From Eledone cirrhosa (taxonomy: Eukaryota), in contig OZ024744.1 in the NCBI GenBank assembly GCA_964016885.1, positions 77,996,001 to 78,060,000 of the forward strand: a stretch of 64,000 nt of DNA. The letters are read 5' to 3'. Position numbers and translations under genes: made by a program. The first letter of the stretch is position 1. Every line of letters starts with the position of its first letter. The notes under the pieces are model-generated. The model did not search any database, was not told the origin of the DNA, and saw only the letters and a list, made by a program, of their open reading frames with translations. Below, one piece after another: positions 11,713 through 29,445 of this stretch.

Positions 11713-12088
11713 ATATTGTTATACTTTGGGAGGGTCATGTTGCCAATAAGAAACACACGCACCAGTTGCTTTCACTTCAATTTATTATATATTTATAAAT
11801 TTATAAATTTACAAATCTACAAACTTATAAATTTCTGGTTGGTTGGTTGGTTCCACAACCAGATAGTTGTTTATATATAGTCATAGTCCTTTCGTCACAC
11901 ACGTGACGAAAGGACTATGACTATATATAAACAACTATCTGGTTGTGGAACCAACCAACCAACCAGAAATTTATAAGTTTGTAGATTTGTAAATTTATAA
12001 ATTTATAAATATATAATAAATTGAAGTGAAAGCAACTGGTGCGTGTGTTTCTTATTGGCAACATGACCCTCCCAAAGTATAACAATAT
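11713..12088. repeat. 186-bp inverted repeat with 4-nt spacer
   Basis: 11713-11898 is the reverse complement of 11903-12088 (no mismatch seen by eye); spacer ACAC. Confidence 0.95.
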
Positions 12089-12164
12089 CGGTTTCAACAC
12101 ACGATTTCAGATAAAGAATCTTGCTAAACAAATTCAGAAACGAAATATATATACATATATATAC

Positions 12165-12292
<128 letters not shown>

Positions 12293-12318
12293 GTATATAT
12301 ATACATATATATACATAT

Positions 12319-15300
12319 GGGTATGACATTAAACTACATTCAGTGGCAAGGCTCCAGTTCGGGAGTTCAGGAGATGTGGGGAATGTGGAGTTACCCCTTA
12401 GTTGTCATGACTCCCAGGTCTGCCCTGGCCCGGGGTGGTAGTACCTGTTAGGGCTCCATTTATGGGTTAAATAACTACCTTATTCGAGTGGCGCCGGTAA
12501 GGTATTGTCAGCCATTGAAAAGAAATATGGAGAGTCGATCTAACAGCACTAGGGCTAGAGCCCCTAATTACACTGTCAAGGAGCAGCCTGGTCGTTATGA
12601 CTCTGCTGGCTTAGAGCCACAGAGAGGGCCAGTGGATGATGGATCAGCTGTCTCTGAGACAAATATAAAGAATGAAGTTTTGTCCTGCAGAAGAGCCATC
12701 AAAATGGGCACTTTGAATGTGAGGACTATTCGAACGCTGGAGAAGAGAGAGGAGTTGGGACATCTGTTCGAGGAGAGTGGTATACAGATACTTGCGATCC
12801 AAGAACACAGGATTCTACACGATGAGCCTGTGATGATCGGGAGGAAGAGCCAGCTCATCACTACATCGGCAGTGAAGAACACAACAAATGCTGCAGTAGG
12901 AGGAGTGGGTTTTGTTTTCAGTGCAAAAACCAATCTGTTGGTGAGGGAAATAATGCCTATCTCCCCGCGAGTGTTGAGGGTGACCTTCAATGGAAACCCA
13001 AGACTGATAGTCATCTCAGCCTATAGTCCAACCGAGGGGGACAGTGATGTAAGTGCGGAAGAGTTCCATGAGGAGGTGTGTAGAGCTGTCAACACCTCTC
13101 AGGCACACAATATCCTGCTTGTTTTGGGGGACTTCAATGCACATCTGAGTAAGGAGGGCAGTGAAGATCCTTGCTGGTACTTCCATAACAACACCAACCG
13201 AAATGGAAGACTACTGAGAGACACCCTGCTGGAGGCGAACTTGATGGCGACCAACCTAGGGTTTAGGAAGAATCTGGGGAAGATGTGGACCTACATCTCA
13301 GATATGCACCTGTCCAAGTCCCAGATTGATTTCATTCTGGTGAGGAAAAAGTGGCGGAATAGTGTTCTGAACACGGAACCATACAGCTATTTCAGTACAC
13401 TGGGTAGTGACCACCGGCTTGTTATGAGTGAGGTCCGCGTGAGCTTAAGAAAGAGCAAGGCTCAGCCCCGGAGAACAATCTATGACTGGGGAGCTTTCAA
13501 GGAAGATGATAAGCTACAGGAGAGGTTCACAGTGGAAGTGAGAAACAGGTTTAGTGCTCTGTGTGGAGAGTCAGAGGAGAGAGAGATTGGATGGACTGGG
13601 GAGAGTGTGACGAGGAGGTACGGGCACTTCACCTATGCAGTGGCAGAAGCAAGTGAAACCCTGGTGCCGAGGAAAAAGAACAAAAGGAAGCATGTCAGCT
13701 CTGCAAACCCAAAAGTGTGTGCAGCCAGAGAACACCTGAAAGCTGCCAAGGACCAATTCTATGCTGATCCTACGGAGGAGAGGATGGAGACTGTGGAGGT
13801 GATGAGGGAAGAACTCTGTACCGCTTACACTGAGGTCAGAGAGGAGGCACTGATAGAGAAGATCAGAAGTGTGGAGAGAGCGGTTGACAGATCTGGATGT
13901 AAGGAGAGCTGGATGATCATCAACGAGATCATAGGGAGGAAGAGAAGGTGTTCGAGTCAGATCCAGGGAACGGGGCCCGAGGATAGGAAGAGGAAATGGC
14001 TAGACCATTTTAGGACCCTACTAGGAGAGCCACCCTCCACAGCCCAGAGCACTGGGGAGATCAGGCGGCTGTTTGAGGAACTGGATGTTGAGACAGAGCC
14101 CTTCACCAGAGAGGAGCTTCAGAGAGCCAAGAAGAGGATCAAGGAGGGCAAGGCTCGTGGAGAATATGGAGTGCCATCAGAGGTGATGAAGAGGTGTGAT
14201 TTTGATGATATCATCCTGGGGTTCTGTAACGGGGCACTGGAGAAAGGAGTTGCCCCGAATCAGTGGAGGATCAGTAACATCGTCCCAGTGCCAAAGAAGG
14301 GAGATCTCTCTAACACCAACAACTACCGGGGATCTCACTGACGTCACTTGTGGCAAAGACCCTCAACAGGATGATTCTTAACAGGATCCAGCCTGAGATG
14401 GAGAAGAAGCTCAGGGACAACCAGAACGGCTTCAGAGAGGGTAGATCAACCACCAGTCACATCCTGATGCTGAGGAGGATATTAGAGGGAGCTAGAGCAA
14501 AGTGCCTTCCTGCGGTCATGGTTTTCATTGACTTTAGGAAGGCCTTTGATTCTGTGGACCATTACTGCCTGATGAAGATCTTACAGGCTTATGGAATCCC
14601 CAAGAAGATAGTGGACTTGATATCACTGCTCTACACCAACACCAAGACCCAAGTCATTACACCTGATGGGATGACAGAGTTCTTTGAGATACTGGCTGGA
14701 GTTCTCCAGGGAGATACATTGGCTCCCTACCTTTTTGTCATCGTAGTGGACTATTGTATGCGCCTTGCACTGGAGAAACACCAGGACTCTGGCTTTACTG
14801 TAGCACCAGCTCAGAGCAGGAGAGTTAGGGCGAAAAAGGTATCGGATGCTGAATTTGCCGACGACAGAGTTTTGGTGACAAATACAGTGAAGGAGGCAGA
14901 GGATTTGATGCGGGAGGTTGAGACTGTGTCGATGAGTGTGGGGCTGAGAATGAATGAGGCTAAAACAAAATATCTGGTAGAGAATGTTGAGAAGCCAGAG
15001 GGGATCACTAATGTAGGCGGGAAGCCACTGGATTTGGTTGAGGACTTCCTGTATTTGGGAGCAAAGATTGGGAATACGGAAGATGATGTGGTTGAGAGGA
15101 AGAGCAAGGCCTGGGCGGCGTGCCACAGCTTGAGATCGGTGTGGAAGTCAGACCTTCGTAGAGACCTGAAAATCCGCCTCTTCATTGCTGTAGTGGAGTC
15201 TGTGCTGCTGTATGGGTCTGAGACATGGACACTGACCAAGAAACTCACTCAGATGGTGGATGGGTGCTACACGAGAATGCTGAGGATGGCTCTGAACATT

Positions 15301-15612
15301 AATCAGTATACACTGAGGATGAAAAACTCAGAGCTGTATGGGAGCATCCCAAAAGTCAGGTCAAAAGTGACACAGAGGAGATTGAGGTTAGCTGGACATG
15401 CTCACCGACATCCAGAGTTGACATTGCACTCAGTACTCCTTTGGGAGCCCCTACATGGACACACTAGAAGAGGAAGACCAAGGTTAACGTATGCTGATGC
15501 CCTCAGGACAGACACTGGTATGTTGGAGATGCAGGACATGGCAGCGATAATGAGGGACAGAGACCGCTGGAGAGAACTCGTCCATGGATCTCGGGAATTT
15601 TACCCGCCTTAG
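12319..15612 (+). mobile_element. near full-length RTE-clade LINE family B (APE + RT), one frameshift
   Basis: GTLNVRT, LAIQE, GDFNAH, SQIDFIL, SDHRLV, FIDFRKAFDSV, GVLQGDTLAP, FADD, LLYGSETW. ORFs 12488-14341 and 14350-15612 join as NYRGISLTS if one G is added at ~14328-14331. Confidence 0.95.
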
Positions 15613-15638
15613 AGATACATATATATATATATATATAT

Positions 15639-15779
<141 letters not shown>

Positions 15780-15784
15780 TATAC

Positions 15785-15863
<79 letters not shown>

Positions 15864-15892
15864 CATACTATATATATATATATATACATTAC

Positions 15893-15971
<79 letters not shown>

Positions 15972-16031
15972 CATATATATATACATATAGCATATATATA
16001 TATATATACATATATATACATATATACATAC

Positions 16032-16068
<37 letters not shown>

Positions 16069-16120
16069 CATACATAATATATATATATACATATATATAT
16101 ATATACATATATATATATAC

Positions 16121-16153
<33 letters not shown>

Positions 16154-16182
16154 CATATATATACATATATATACATATACAT

Positions 16183-17590
16183 ATCACCATCAACGTTTAA
16201 CGTCCGTGTTCCACGCTTGCATGGGTTTGGACAGGGGTTTTCCCACTTGAGGCAAGAGTGATTATCTTGCTCGCATAAGACTATCTGGCGGGTTTTCTAC
16301 AGCTGGATGCCCTTCCTAACACCAACCACATTTACAGTGTGGGGGTGGGAGGTTTTTACCGTGTTGCCTACACGGCCACATTACAGCGTGGACTGTCTGG
16401 CGGGTTTTCTACAGCTGGATGCCCTTCCTAACACGAACCACATTTACAGTGTGGGGCTGGGAGGTTTTTACCGTGTTGCCTACACGGCCACATTACAGCG
16501 TGAACTGTGTGTTTTTTTGTCGTGACACCTACACGATCTCATTTGTTTCGGCCTGGATGTTGTGGCACCAACATAACTTTACATAGAAAGGGGCGGTGTG
16601 GATGGGGGTGGGGGTGGTGGGACGGGGGTGTATTTTGTTAGAGATGCCTACTGACTAGTAGGTTTTACTTTGTATTTAGGTAAGGCGGGTCTTCTCTATT
16701 ACTGAGTACCCGCCAAAGGTCTCGGTCCAGTGACATTGTCTTGGAGAGGTGTAAGTGTGTGAGGTCGGAATTTATAGCTCGTCCCAGGATTTCTGGGTCT
16801 GCCTATTCCGTGGCTACCATCTATCTTTATTGGCCTGCACTTTGTTATACAGCTATCGTCTTTCATGCGCATCACGTGACCATACCAACGTAGCCTTCTC
16901 TCGAGTAAACAACATCTGATCCTTCTTATTTCTAATTTTTTCCTTAGTTCGTTTATGCTTTGCCGTTCACGTATATTACTATTACACATCCAGCGGAGCA
17001 TGCAAGCTTCGTTCCTCTCTAGTCTGCGTATATCCTCTGCACACAATGCCCAGGTCTCACTGCCATGCAACATTGCTGTTCGTATGCAGGCATCATACAA
17101 CCTGCCTTTCATTTTTAGGGAGAACCCTTTAGCAGCTAATAGTGGTATAAGCTCTCTGAACTTTTTCCAACCAGTTCTGACTCTAGCTACTGTACTTTCA
17201 GAGCACCCTCCTCCACTGCTGATTTTGTCACCCAGGTAACGGAAGCTGTCCACTATTTCTATAGAACCCTCTGCGCAGTTGAAAGAGCTATTATTTTGTG
17301 GGCACTTGCTGCTACTTATTGCACCAGAGCACCGGCCACATGTAAAATCTATGTTCTTAGTTAGCTTACCTGTGATCCCACTACATCTTTTATGCACCCA
17401 TACTTTGCATTTGGGACACAAAATGGAGTTTCTACCTACGCCTTTCCTATACACTGAGCATGGCCACTTCCCGGAAGGGACCCGCCACCTTATTTTCTTT
17501 CTTACAAACTAGAACTTTAGTCTTAGCCAGGTTAATTTTAAGGCCTTTTGATTCTAGGCCGTGCTTTCATGTTTGGAATTTCTTCTCTAG
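16183..17590 (-). mobile_element. RTE LINE family A, 5'-truncated copy
   Basis: Highly similar to 8062-9185; retains the segment deleted there; 112-bp tandem duplication in the 3' UTR (16279/16391). Confidence 0.95.
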
Positions 17591-17661
17591 ATATATACAT
17601 ATATATAGATATATATATATATACATATATATACATATATATACACATATATATATATACA

Positions 17662-19340
17662 CATGTGCCACGGAACACCCGCCAATCGCCTTACGGTCGA
17701 ACAACGGACTATCTTCATCTTACAGACCCACACTCCCCCCGGCCTGAACTCCCCACCCTTATTCCTTTAGCCTTCGACCGCCCCCCCTCCCCACACACTT
17801 ATCCCCCACTAACACCACTAACACACCCCTCCTTTTCACCGCCCACCCCACAACTAACAATACTAACACCTCCACTCCACCCCTCATCTGACCACCCTCC
17901 CCTCTTCTCCTCCCCTCCTCCTTATCACACGCACACACCCACCGGCCCATATATACACGCGCTCACACTAAACACACACCCTACTACCACCCACTAACCC
18001 TCACCCCCCACACCTCCATCCCACCACCCCGCAACTAACCTCACTAACACCCCCTAAACCCAAGCACACGAACACACGCACTCACTTACACCAACCACCC
18101 CACACGCAACTAACATCACTAACACCCCCCAACCCCACGCACACGTACCCACACACCCTCGTACACCACCAACTCTACACACCCTACCACCACTAACCCC
18201 CACTCACACCTGCATTCAAGCCCTCCCCACCTCCTGTATACTAACACCCACTAACACCTCTTCATCAAACTACACACACACCAGTACACCACACTCCCTC
18301 CATAGAACCACACACACCCTTCTCTCCCCGCTCCACCCACATCCTCGCTCCACACTCACTCATCCCACTAACACCTCTACTAATACACACACACCCTCCT
18401 CACTCCAACTTTCACACCTACCCATCCTCGCCCCTTTACCATTCCACCGACTGCTGCTATGCCCTCTGACCACCTCCCAGCACAAACAGACACACAGCAC
18501 TCCCACTGCTTGACCACTTCCTGTTGCGCGCGCACCCTACATCTCTCCTCTTCCAACCATCGCTTCATGGAATACCCACACGCAGAAATTGACCAACAAC
18601 GAATCCACTAAACATCTTCGGAATTTACCTACTTTTCAACCATCCTCTTACGTAATCACCTATATAACTCACCCACACACACACCCCAAAAAAAAATTTT
18701 TCTCCACACGCCACCTACACCCACAACACGCTTAAACCCCACACACACGTGCTTTCCACCACATATTTACACCCTCAGCCTCCTAATTCCTCTCCCCCCC
18801 CCCACCCCTCTATCCACATACGCACAGACACTCCGACCCCCCCCCCCCCCCCAAACACACACACATACACACACACCTCTTCCTGAACATGCAACCCCGT
18901 TCTTCCCCCAACCCTTACTTTCACATACACACACACACCACCTTCAGCCCTCCCCGCTCGGACACCCCGTCTCCCTCTCCCCACTCCACCCGCCACCACC
19001 CCTACACCCCTCCACCACCTGTTTTACCCCCCTTTTAATTTTAGTTTATTTTGATCATGCCTTTATATTTAAATTTATCTCATTCCTTGTATTTTGATCA
19101 TGCTTTATTTTTATTTTTATCTTTATTTTTAATTTTTCATTCGCACCGTTTCCTTTCGCTATATGTCTCTCCACCACTCCCCTACACACCCTTTGAACTC
19201 TGTTCCCACACACTTCTCACCTGAGGAAGGGCTTATGCCCGAAACGTCGTCCCCCACCAACACCCCACTCTCCAGAGCGTGAAATTAATAAACATTCGTT
19301 GTACTGCCTCTCTGTTTTGTCCCTGTTCAAATTTTTCCAT

Positions 19341-19342
<2 letters not shown>
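17662..19342 (+). mobile_element. 5'-truncated Penelope-like element (GIY-YIG C-terminus, long C-rich 3' region, HHR motif, polyA signal)
   Basis: 17663-17770 reads MCHGTPANRLTVEQRTIFILQTHTPPGLNSPPLFL* (PLE end motif R..EQ..IF.L.T..P.GLN); CTGAGGA-A-GGGC-TTAT-GCCC-GAAACGTC at 19221-19248; AATAAA at 19287. Confidence 0.8.
19221..19251 (+). ncRNA. minimal type I hammerhead ribozyme-like motif
   Basis: CUGANGA and GAAA core, 4-bp stem II, ACGU palindromic stem III, GUC site; stem I only ~2 bp. Confidence 0.55.
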
Positions 19343-23358
<4,016 letters not shown>

Positions 23359-23359
23359 A

Positions 23360-23650
23360 ATCATCATTTTACGTCCGCTTTTCCCTGCTTGCAAGGGTGG
23401 GACGGGTCCTATTCAGCACATCATCTCTCCATTTGTCACGGTCTTTCGTCATCTCCACCGTGAGCTTCAGCAATCTGAGGTCTGCTCTCACCACCTCCAC
23501 CCATGTTTATCGTGGTCTTCCTCTACTACGTCTTCCTTCAACTGGCATTTCTTGGCACTTCTTCACCCATCGGTCATCCTCCATGCGCATCACATGTCCA
23601 TCGCAGTCTCCTCTCCAACACACAACAATTTATCCCTCTCAGACACATTT
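23360..23650 (-). mobile_element. RTE 3' fragment with SINE-2-like terminus
   Basis: '[14 protein letters not shown]' remnant and the terminus cccacccttgcaagcagggaaaagcggacgtaaaatgatga. Confidence 0.7.
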
Positions 23651-23919
23651 TATCTCTCAACTGATACTTTGGTTCGTGAAGACGTTCCTTGGCAATGAAC
23701 GGAAAAAAGCGAAGATAATACGTCGTTATGTGGAACATGAGAACAATTACACGCAAAGACAAAACCACGTTTATGGGTATGTATGAGTGTGTATGTGTGT
23801 TTGCACATATGTATGATGTGTATATGTGTACATGAGTTTTAGTATATGTACATTTGTTGTATATGTGTATTTATGTGTAGAAACACAAGGGGCCTATTTC
23901 AAATGGGATTAGCATTTAA

Positions 23920-24133
23920 CCCTTTAACATTTACATTACTCTATATTTTCTATTGTATTTTCATGGTAAATGCTTTACCTCACATTTATCTCATAATATT
24001 GAATCTATGAGATTTGGCTATTTATTTTGAGAACAATACTTTAATGTCAATATGAGCAGCCAGTTACGGCCGGTATGAACAGAAAGAGGTAAGAGAATTC
24101 CGGCCAGAGACAGCCAGTTTAAATGCTAAAGGG
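23920..24133. mobile_element. TTAA MITE copy
   Basis: CCCTTTAACATTTA...TAAATGCTAAAGGG termini. Confidence 0.85.
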
Positions 24134-24580
24134 TTAGACAACACCAAGTAGATAATTTATCCTTCCCCAGCCTAAGGTCAGACACTTTTTTAACAGACCT
24201 CATATGTAAATGAATACATGTTGTTGTAGACTTCATAAGTAAAGAAGAAATCTCTGAGACAAATTAACAAAAAACAAACTATTGAAATTTATAGCAGATC
24301 AAAAGAAATTTTTTCTATATTTATTCTTTTTTTTTAAATATCCCAAATTTTGGTGATATTTATTGCATTTTTTTCTCTTTGTTTTATTTACAAAAGCAAA
24401 ATAAATGGAAAAAATAATGAAGAATTTTGAAAAAATAAAATAAAAACAGAAACTGAAAAAACAAATATAAAAGCAAAATAAATTTTAAAATAAAAAAAAA
24501 ATGAATTAAATACCAAGGATTAGACTTCAAATGTGAAATAGCGATGTAATAATAATAATAATGATGATGATGATAATGAT

Positions 24581-24772
24581 AATTGTTTCTACTTTTGGCA
24601 CAAGGCCATCAATTATTCCAGTGCATTACTGGTACTTTATTTTATCAACCCCGTAAGGATGAAAGGTAAAGATAACCTCGGTGGGATTTGAACTCACAAC
24701 GTAAAGGGCCGTAACTCTATGCTGCAAAGCATGGCGTCAGACCCTCTACTGATACTGCCAATCCACCACCCC
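24581..24772 (-). mobile_element. SINE family 1
   Basis: Full-length match to other copies; A-box and B-box on minus strand. Confidence 0.85.
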
Positions 24773-25727
24773 TTTGATGATAATGACAATAATGTTAATA
24801 TAAAACAAAACTATTGATCTTTGTTTCTTGTCCTCTAACACCTACTAGTGAGAAGCGAAGACAAGTTTTAGATTGGGGTAAAAAAAAATATTAATAGATT
24901 ATAAATGCGGGAGCTAAAGTGAGACAGGGAGAAATAATTTCTTTATCATCATCATTGCTATAACCATCAACCTAGACTAAAGGAACATTAGAATATGATC
25001 AATAAACTGTCTTGCTTTTTTTTTTCTTTTTTTTTTTTTTTTTTACACCTACCAATTCCACCAAGTTTTAAAGCAGCAGTGTCAGGCTACAAACTTCTTG
25101 TATAGCAGATTTAAGAACATAAAAGGAAAAAAGAGTTAATTACCAGATCAAACAAAGAAAATTGTTTCCATTGGGGTTCTTGTTTTGACTTTTTTTTTAA
25201 TCCCCACCCCCCACCCCCTGTATTGCTGATTACTGATATTACCTGCCAGTCAAAACACCTGGCAGAAGAGTCACCCCTTTTTCCAGTGGCAGGAGGCAGA
25301 ATTTAAACTCAGAGCATACAGAGCCAGAACTGATGCTGCAATTAAAAAATGTTTAATTGTCAACATACAACCCTTAGACAGGTATTTTATTTATCAACTA
25401 TGGAAGGATGAAAGGTAAAGTTGACCTCAGAGTAGAGAGAGAGAGAGAGAGAGAGACAATAAATAGTAAGTCATTTAATCCAACACTCTAACGACTTTGT
25501 CAATTTGCCACCTGCTTTAAGAATACTTGCTTGTAAAAATGTGTGGATGTAGCTTTAATAACACCCTATACACGCTGCTGTGCATGATATATTTTAAAAA
25601 TGATGACACTCTTGATACTCTTTGTTGTTGCTACTCCACATTTCTCATTTTCTGCATTCATCAACACACACACAAAAAAGAAAAGAAAAAAAATTGAAAA
25701 TGTTATTTATTGTTTATTTTGTTGCAG

Positions 25728-25783
25728 GAATGAATGTACAAAATGAGAAACTCGGAGTAGCAATTTCAACTTTAAATAAGTAA
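25728..25783 (+). CDS. possible terminal exon (GMNVQNEKLGVAISTLNK*)
   Basis: Strong acceptor ttattttgttgcag|, phase 1, TAA at 25781, ATTAAA at 25819, genomic A-run 25874-25914. Confidence 0.3.
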
Positions 25784-25872
25784 ACTCTGTTACTGAGAAC
25801 TCTTTCTCCCATTTGTAAATTAAAAACATTCATACATGACCTGAGTATTTTCCATTTGAAATTCTAAGTTTA

Positions 25873-25917
<45 letters not shown>

Positions 25918-26600
25918 CAAAATTATTTATACCCTTTTTAAATACAAAACTACCCCTGGTTCTATGGTACAAAGCCATACATTCTTAAATGTTTATATGT
26001 ATTTAAAAAGCTTTTCATCAAATTTTATGTATGAACCTTTGATAAAGTTATGTTCCAAACACCAGCTTAATAATGAGAAAGTTAGTTGTATTAGTAAATC
26101 TCTTTTAAATTCATGGTTATTTTCAAAATTATTTAAAAATCAGAGGCAGTGTCTTTCATTAGTAATGTGGTAATGAAGGGTTAACTTTCTGAAATGGACA
26201 TGTAAATAAAACTTAGTTTTTTTTTTTTTTGGTGTCAAATTTATTTTAATGTAGCAGCGATGAATTTGTTTTGCAACTAGGTTTTTTATATGAAATCGTG
26301 TGTTGAAACAAATATTTATATTTGGGGAGGGTTGTGTTGTTATAATATTGCCAGAATAGATTATATTATTATATATTTCTGGCAACATTATAACAATATT
26401 CTAATGTAAACTTTTATATATCAATTTCAGATTTTAAAATGATTTTCAATTCAAATTCTCTCTATCCATTTTGATTTATGAAAGAACTAGAAGAATCCCT
26501 TTCTCCAACCCATTCAAATGTAATATGTTATTTTGGAATTTTAGAACTCAAACATAAACCAATTTGAATAAAAATTACAAAACAAATAACACACATTCAA

Positions 26601-26641
<41 letters not shown>

Positions 26642-26789
26642 AAATTTACATGTGTGTGTATATATATTATAAAGAGTCAGGACCCGGCTCTTTATGTAAT
26701 CATACTCTACTACTCCAAGTATCGAGTAGTCTATCTATCTATCTATATATATATATATATATATATCAGAATGTATGCAGTAAAAACCA

Positions 26790-26945
26790 ATTAGACCATT
26801 ACTCACCAGAGTACTCCATACTTGGGGTGGGTAATATGAAGAATTCGGGACCTTGATGGCTGAGCTCATGCCGTTTCAACAGCTGTTCGGATCTAGCTGT
26901 TGAAACCGCAGGAGCTCAGCCATCGGGGTTCCAAATTCTTCATAT
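26790..26945. mobile_element. Penelope-like remnant, fold-back
   Basis: Inverted arms 26834-26884 / 26895-26945; same family as 7828-7961. Confidence 0.55.
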
Positions 26946-27949
26946 ATATATATATATATATACAGATATATAGTTATAGATAACTACACCTAATGGTTAA
27001 GAGATTTCTAGCAATAATGTATGTTTATGTATCAGAAATAAAATATCTCTATTCAGTTGTTTAAAGTTCTCTCAGTTTAAGATGATAAATCAAACAAAAC
27101 AACTAAAATGATTAACTTTCATTTGATTTCTGAATTTATGATGTTTATGTAAGTCTGATGAAGGGTGATGTGATGCATTGAAAAATGAAATCAATTTTGT
27201 CAATATATTTTATAGAATTTTTATGAAAGTTCAATGAATATATGACAGGTAGAGCATAACTGATTAACTGATGATACAATGTAATTGGAATCCTGATCAA
27301 ACCACTTTGTCACACCTGACTGAACACCTAGCCTACTCCCATAATCTACATGAGGATGGATACATTAGATAATGATGAAGTTCTTAATACACCAGACTGA
27401 AGGGGGGGGGGGTGATCAAAGTTGAGAGGAGACTAAAGAAGAAGAGATATACAAGAACAAAAGGAGAAAATAAGCAGTGAGAAGAGGAGCAAGATACTCA
27501 GACTCTCACCTACAGTACTCCATACAATAAATCACAGCATTTAGGATAACAGATAATATGGTTATGAAGTAAATATGTAGTCAACAATGAACCCAAGGAT
27601 CACACCACTTGGCTATTCAAGTGACTACCTTTAAAAAAAAAAAAGTTAAAGTCTGTCCCAAACCCAGAGGCTCTTCAGGCTGGAACTCATCCTTAGTTAC
27701 ATTGGCATTAAGTGACAGAGTACAAAATTCTTTCTTAAAAGGATGCCAGTCAATTGCAGTCAAACCCCAGCTATTACTGGTACTCATTTTTAGCTGAGTG
27801 GATGGGAGAAACGTGCTCAAGAACACAATGTGCCACCCAATCCAAAAATCAAACCCATGACATTATAAGTATATGTCCAACACCCTAACCACTAGGCCAC
27901 ACACTTTCACTTGATTACCTACACGACAACCACCACTACCATTTGGACT

Positions 27950-29445
27950 TAAACTAAGTATCACAGAAGAGCTCCGAGAATCAGCGACCATAAAAAAATC
28001 CACTTTTTGCTTGATCATTTTCATATCAAAATACATTGTTTCTGTGGACAATTATATATCATTTGAAAGTTCTGGATGTGAACTTTCTTCTCATATACTT
28101 TTGATCAAAACCCAACACTTACATATGTCAAATTCCCTCAATCACCCATTTACAATGTTTGTCTTGTTTTAGTTTTTGAAGACTGTAAAGAACCACCAAT
28201 ACCATTCAACATGTTGGAGCACCATAAGTCAATTTGTGTTGAAAATAATACAGTCATGAAGAGGACTTTTTTTTGCTTTATTTTGATATAAAAATCAATG
28301 GGAGTAAGTCAAATAATCATTATGAAATAGAAGATGAAAATTTTAACTTAGAAAAGAACATTTTCTTCAAGAGTTCTTTTTATACTATAATAAAGAAAAA
28401 TTTCTCGCAAATTCAATTGCCAATTCTGGCCACAAGATGGCAATAAAGCACAAAGTTAATAAAAAGGGAAATACTCTAGATGTCTGTAATACATATTGAT
28501 GCTACTTGTCAAAATGGTGTAGTCCCGAGCGGGGAGAACCGAAACAGAATGTGAATCCAAGGCTTCAAATATCAAGTTTGAGCCAGTATTTCAATACATG
28601 AACAAATTAATTAAGTAAACATATTTCTACGTAAAAACACACTAAATTGAGCTATATAAGTCTTCAGCAACCGTTTCTGTATCAGTGAGCTGCTCCACAT
28701 TACCAAATTTAGACCAATTATATCAATTGTCAAGTCAAAAGTACCCAAACTATATGGTCATATAAAAAAATCAACTCGTGGTATGAGTAGGTTATGCCTA
28801 GAAGGAAGGTTGGCTGGTAAGAGAAGCAGAAACCGGCAGACAAAACGATGGCTTGACAATGTCAACCTATGGGCTGGACTTGATCTTTGCTCTTTAAACT
28901 CTGCTGTTGGTGATTGAACTTTGTGGAGAAAATATCTCATGTTGATGCGCAGTCTGCAACTGGCGGAGTTTAGCATCAAAGTAGTAAGTCTTCTAGAGCC
29001 CCAAATTAACATGGAATCATACTGAGAATGTTGTTTATTCCCTCTCACTATTTTAACATAGGCGAGCAAGGTCAGAATTTTCTCCTCCTACTAACGAGTT
29101 TGCTTACAGGAATTAGATTTTTTTTTTTTTTTTAATGTGGAAACTAAGTCAACATGCAATTTTGAGAAAGTTTCAATAATAATTAAATTAAATAAAATAA
29201 TTTTATTGATAAATATCACTAACACTTTGTAACAGGACAATTAGTAAGTCTTTTGTTAACTTTCAAGCCTCGCAACCTGGCATGATGTGTCAGATTTTCA
29301 TGAAAAGTGTATGAGAAAAAACTTCACATCCAAAACTTCCAAATGATATATAATTGTCCATAGAAAAAAGGCATTTTGACATGAGAATGATCAAGCATAC
29401 TGTGCATGTCACCCTTTCCATAGAGCTCTACAGGGATACCTATTA
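27950..29445. mobile_element. non-autonomous DNA transposon with long imperfect TIRs
   Basis: ~28005-28108 is the reverse complement of ~29295-29398 (tgcttgatcatt..ggacaattatatatcatttg..ggatgtgaa..tctcata); outer ends also similar; TTAA at both flanks. Confidence 0.65.

Noticed and set aside
23675-23706. GTGAAGA-CGTTC..GAACG-GAAA hammerhead-like motif
   Set aside because: Stem II is good but C3 is missing and there is no stem III or NUH site.
25874-25914. A-run as a processed pseudogene tail
   Set aside because: No intronless coding sequence or target-site duplication seen.
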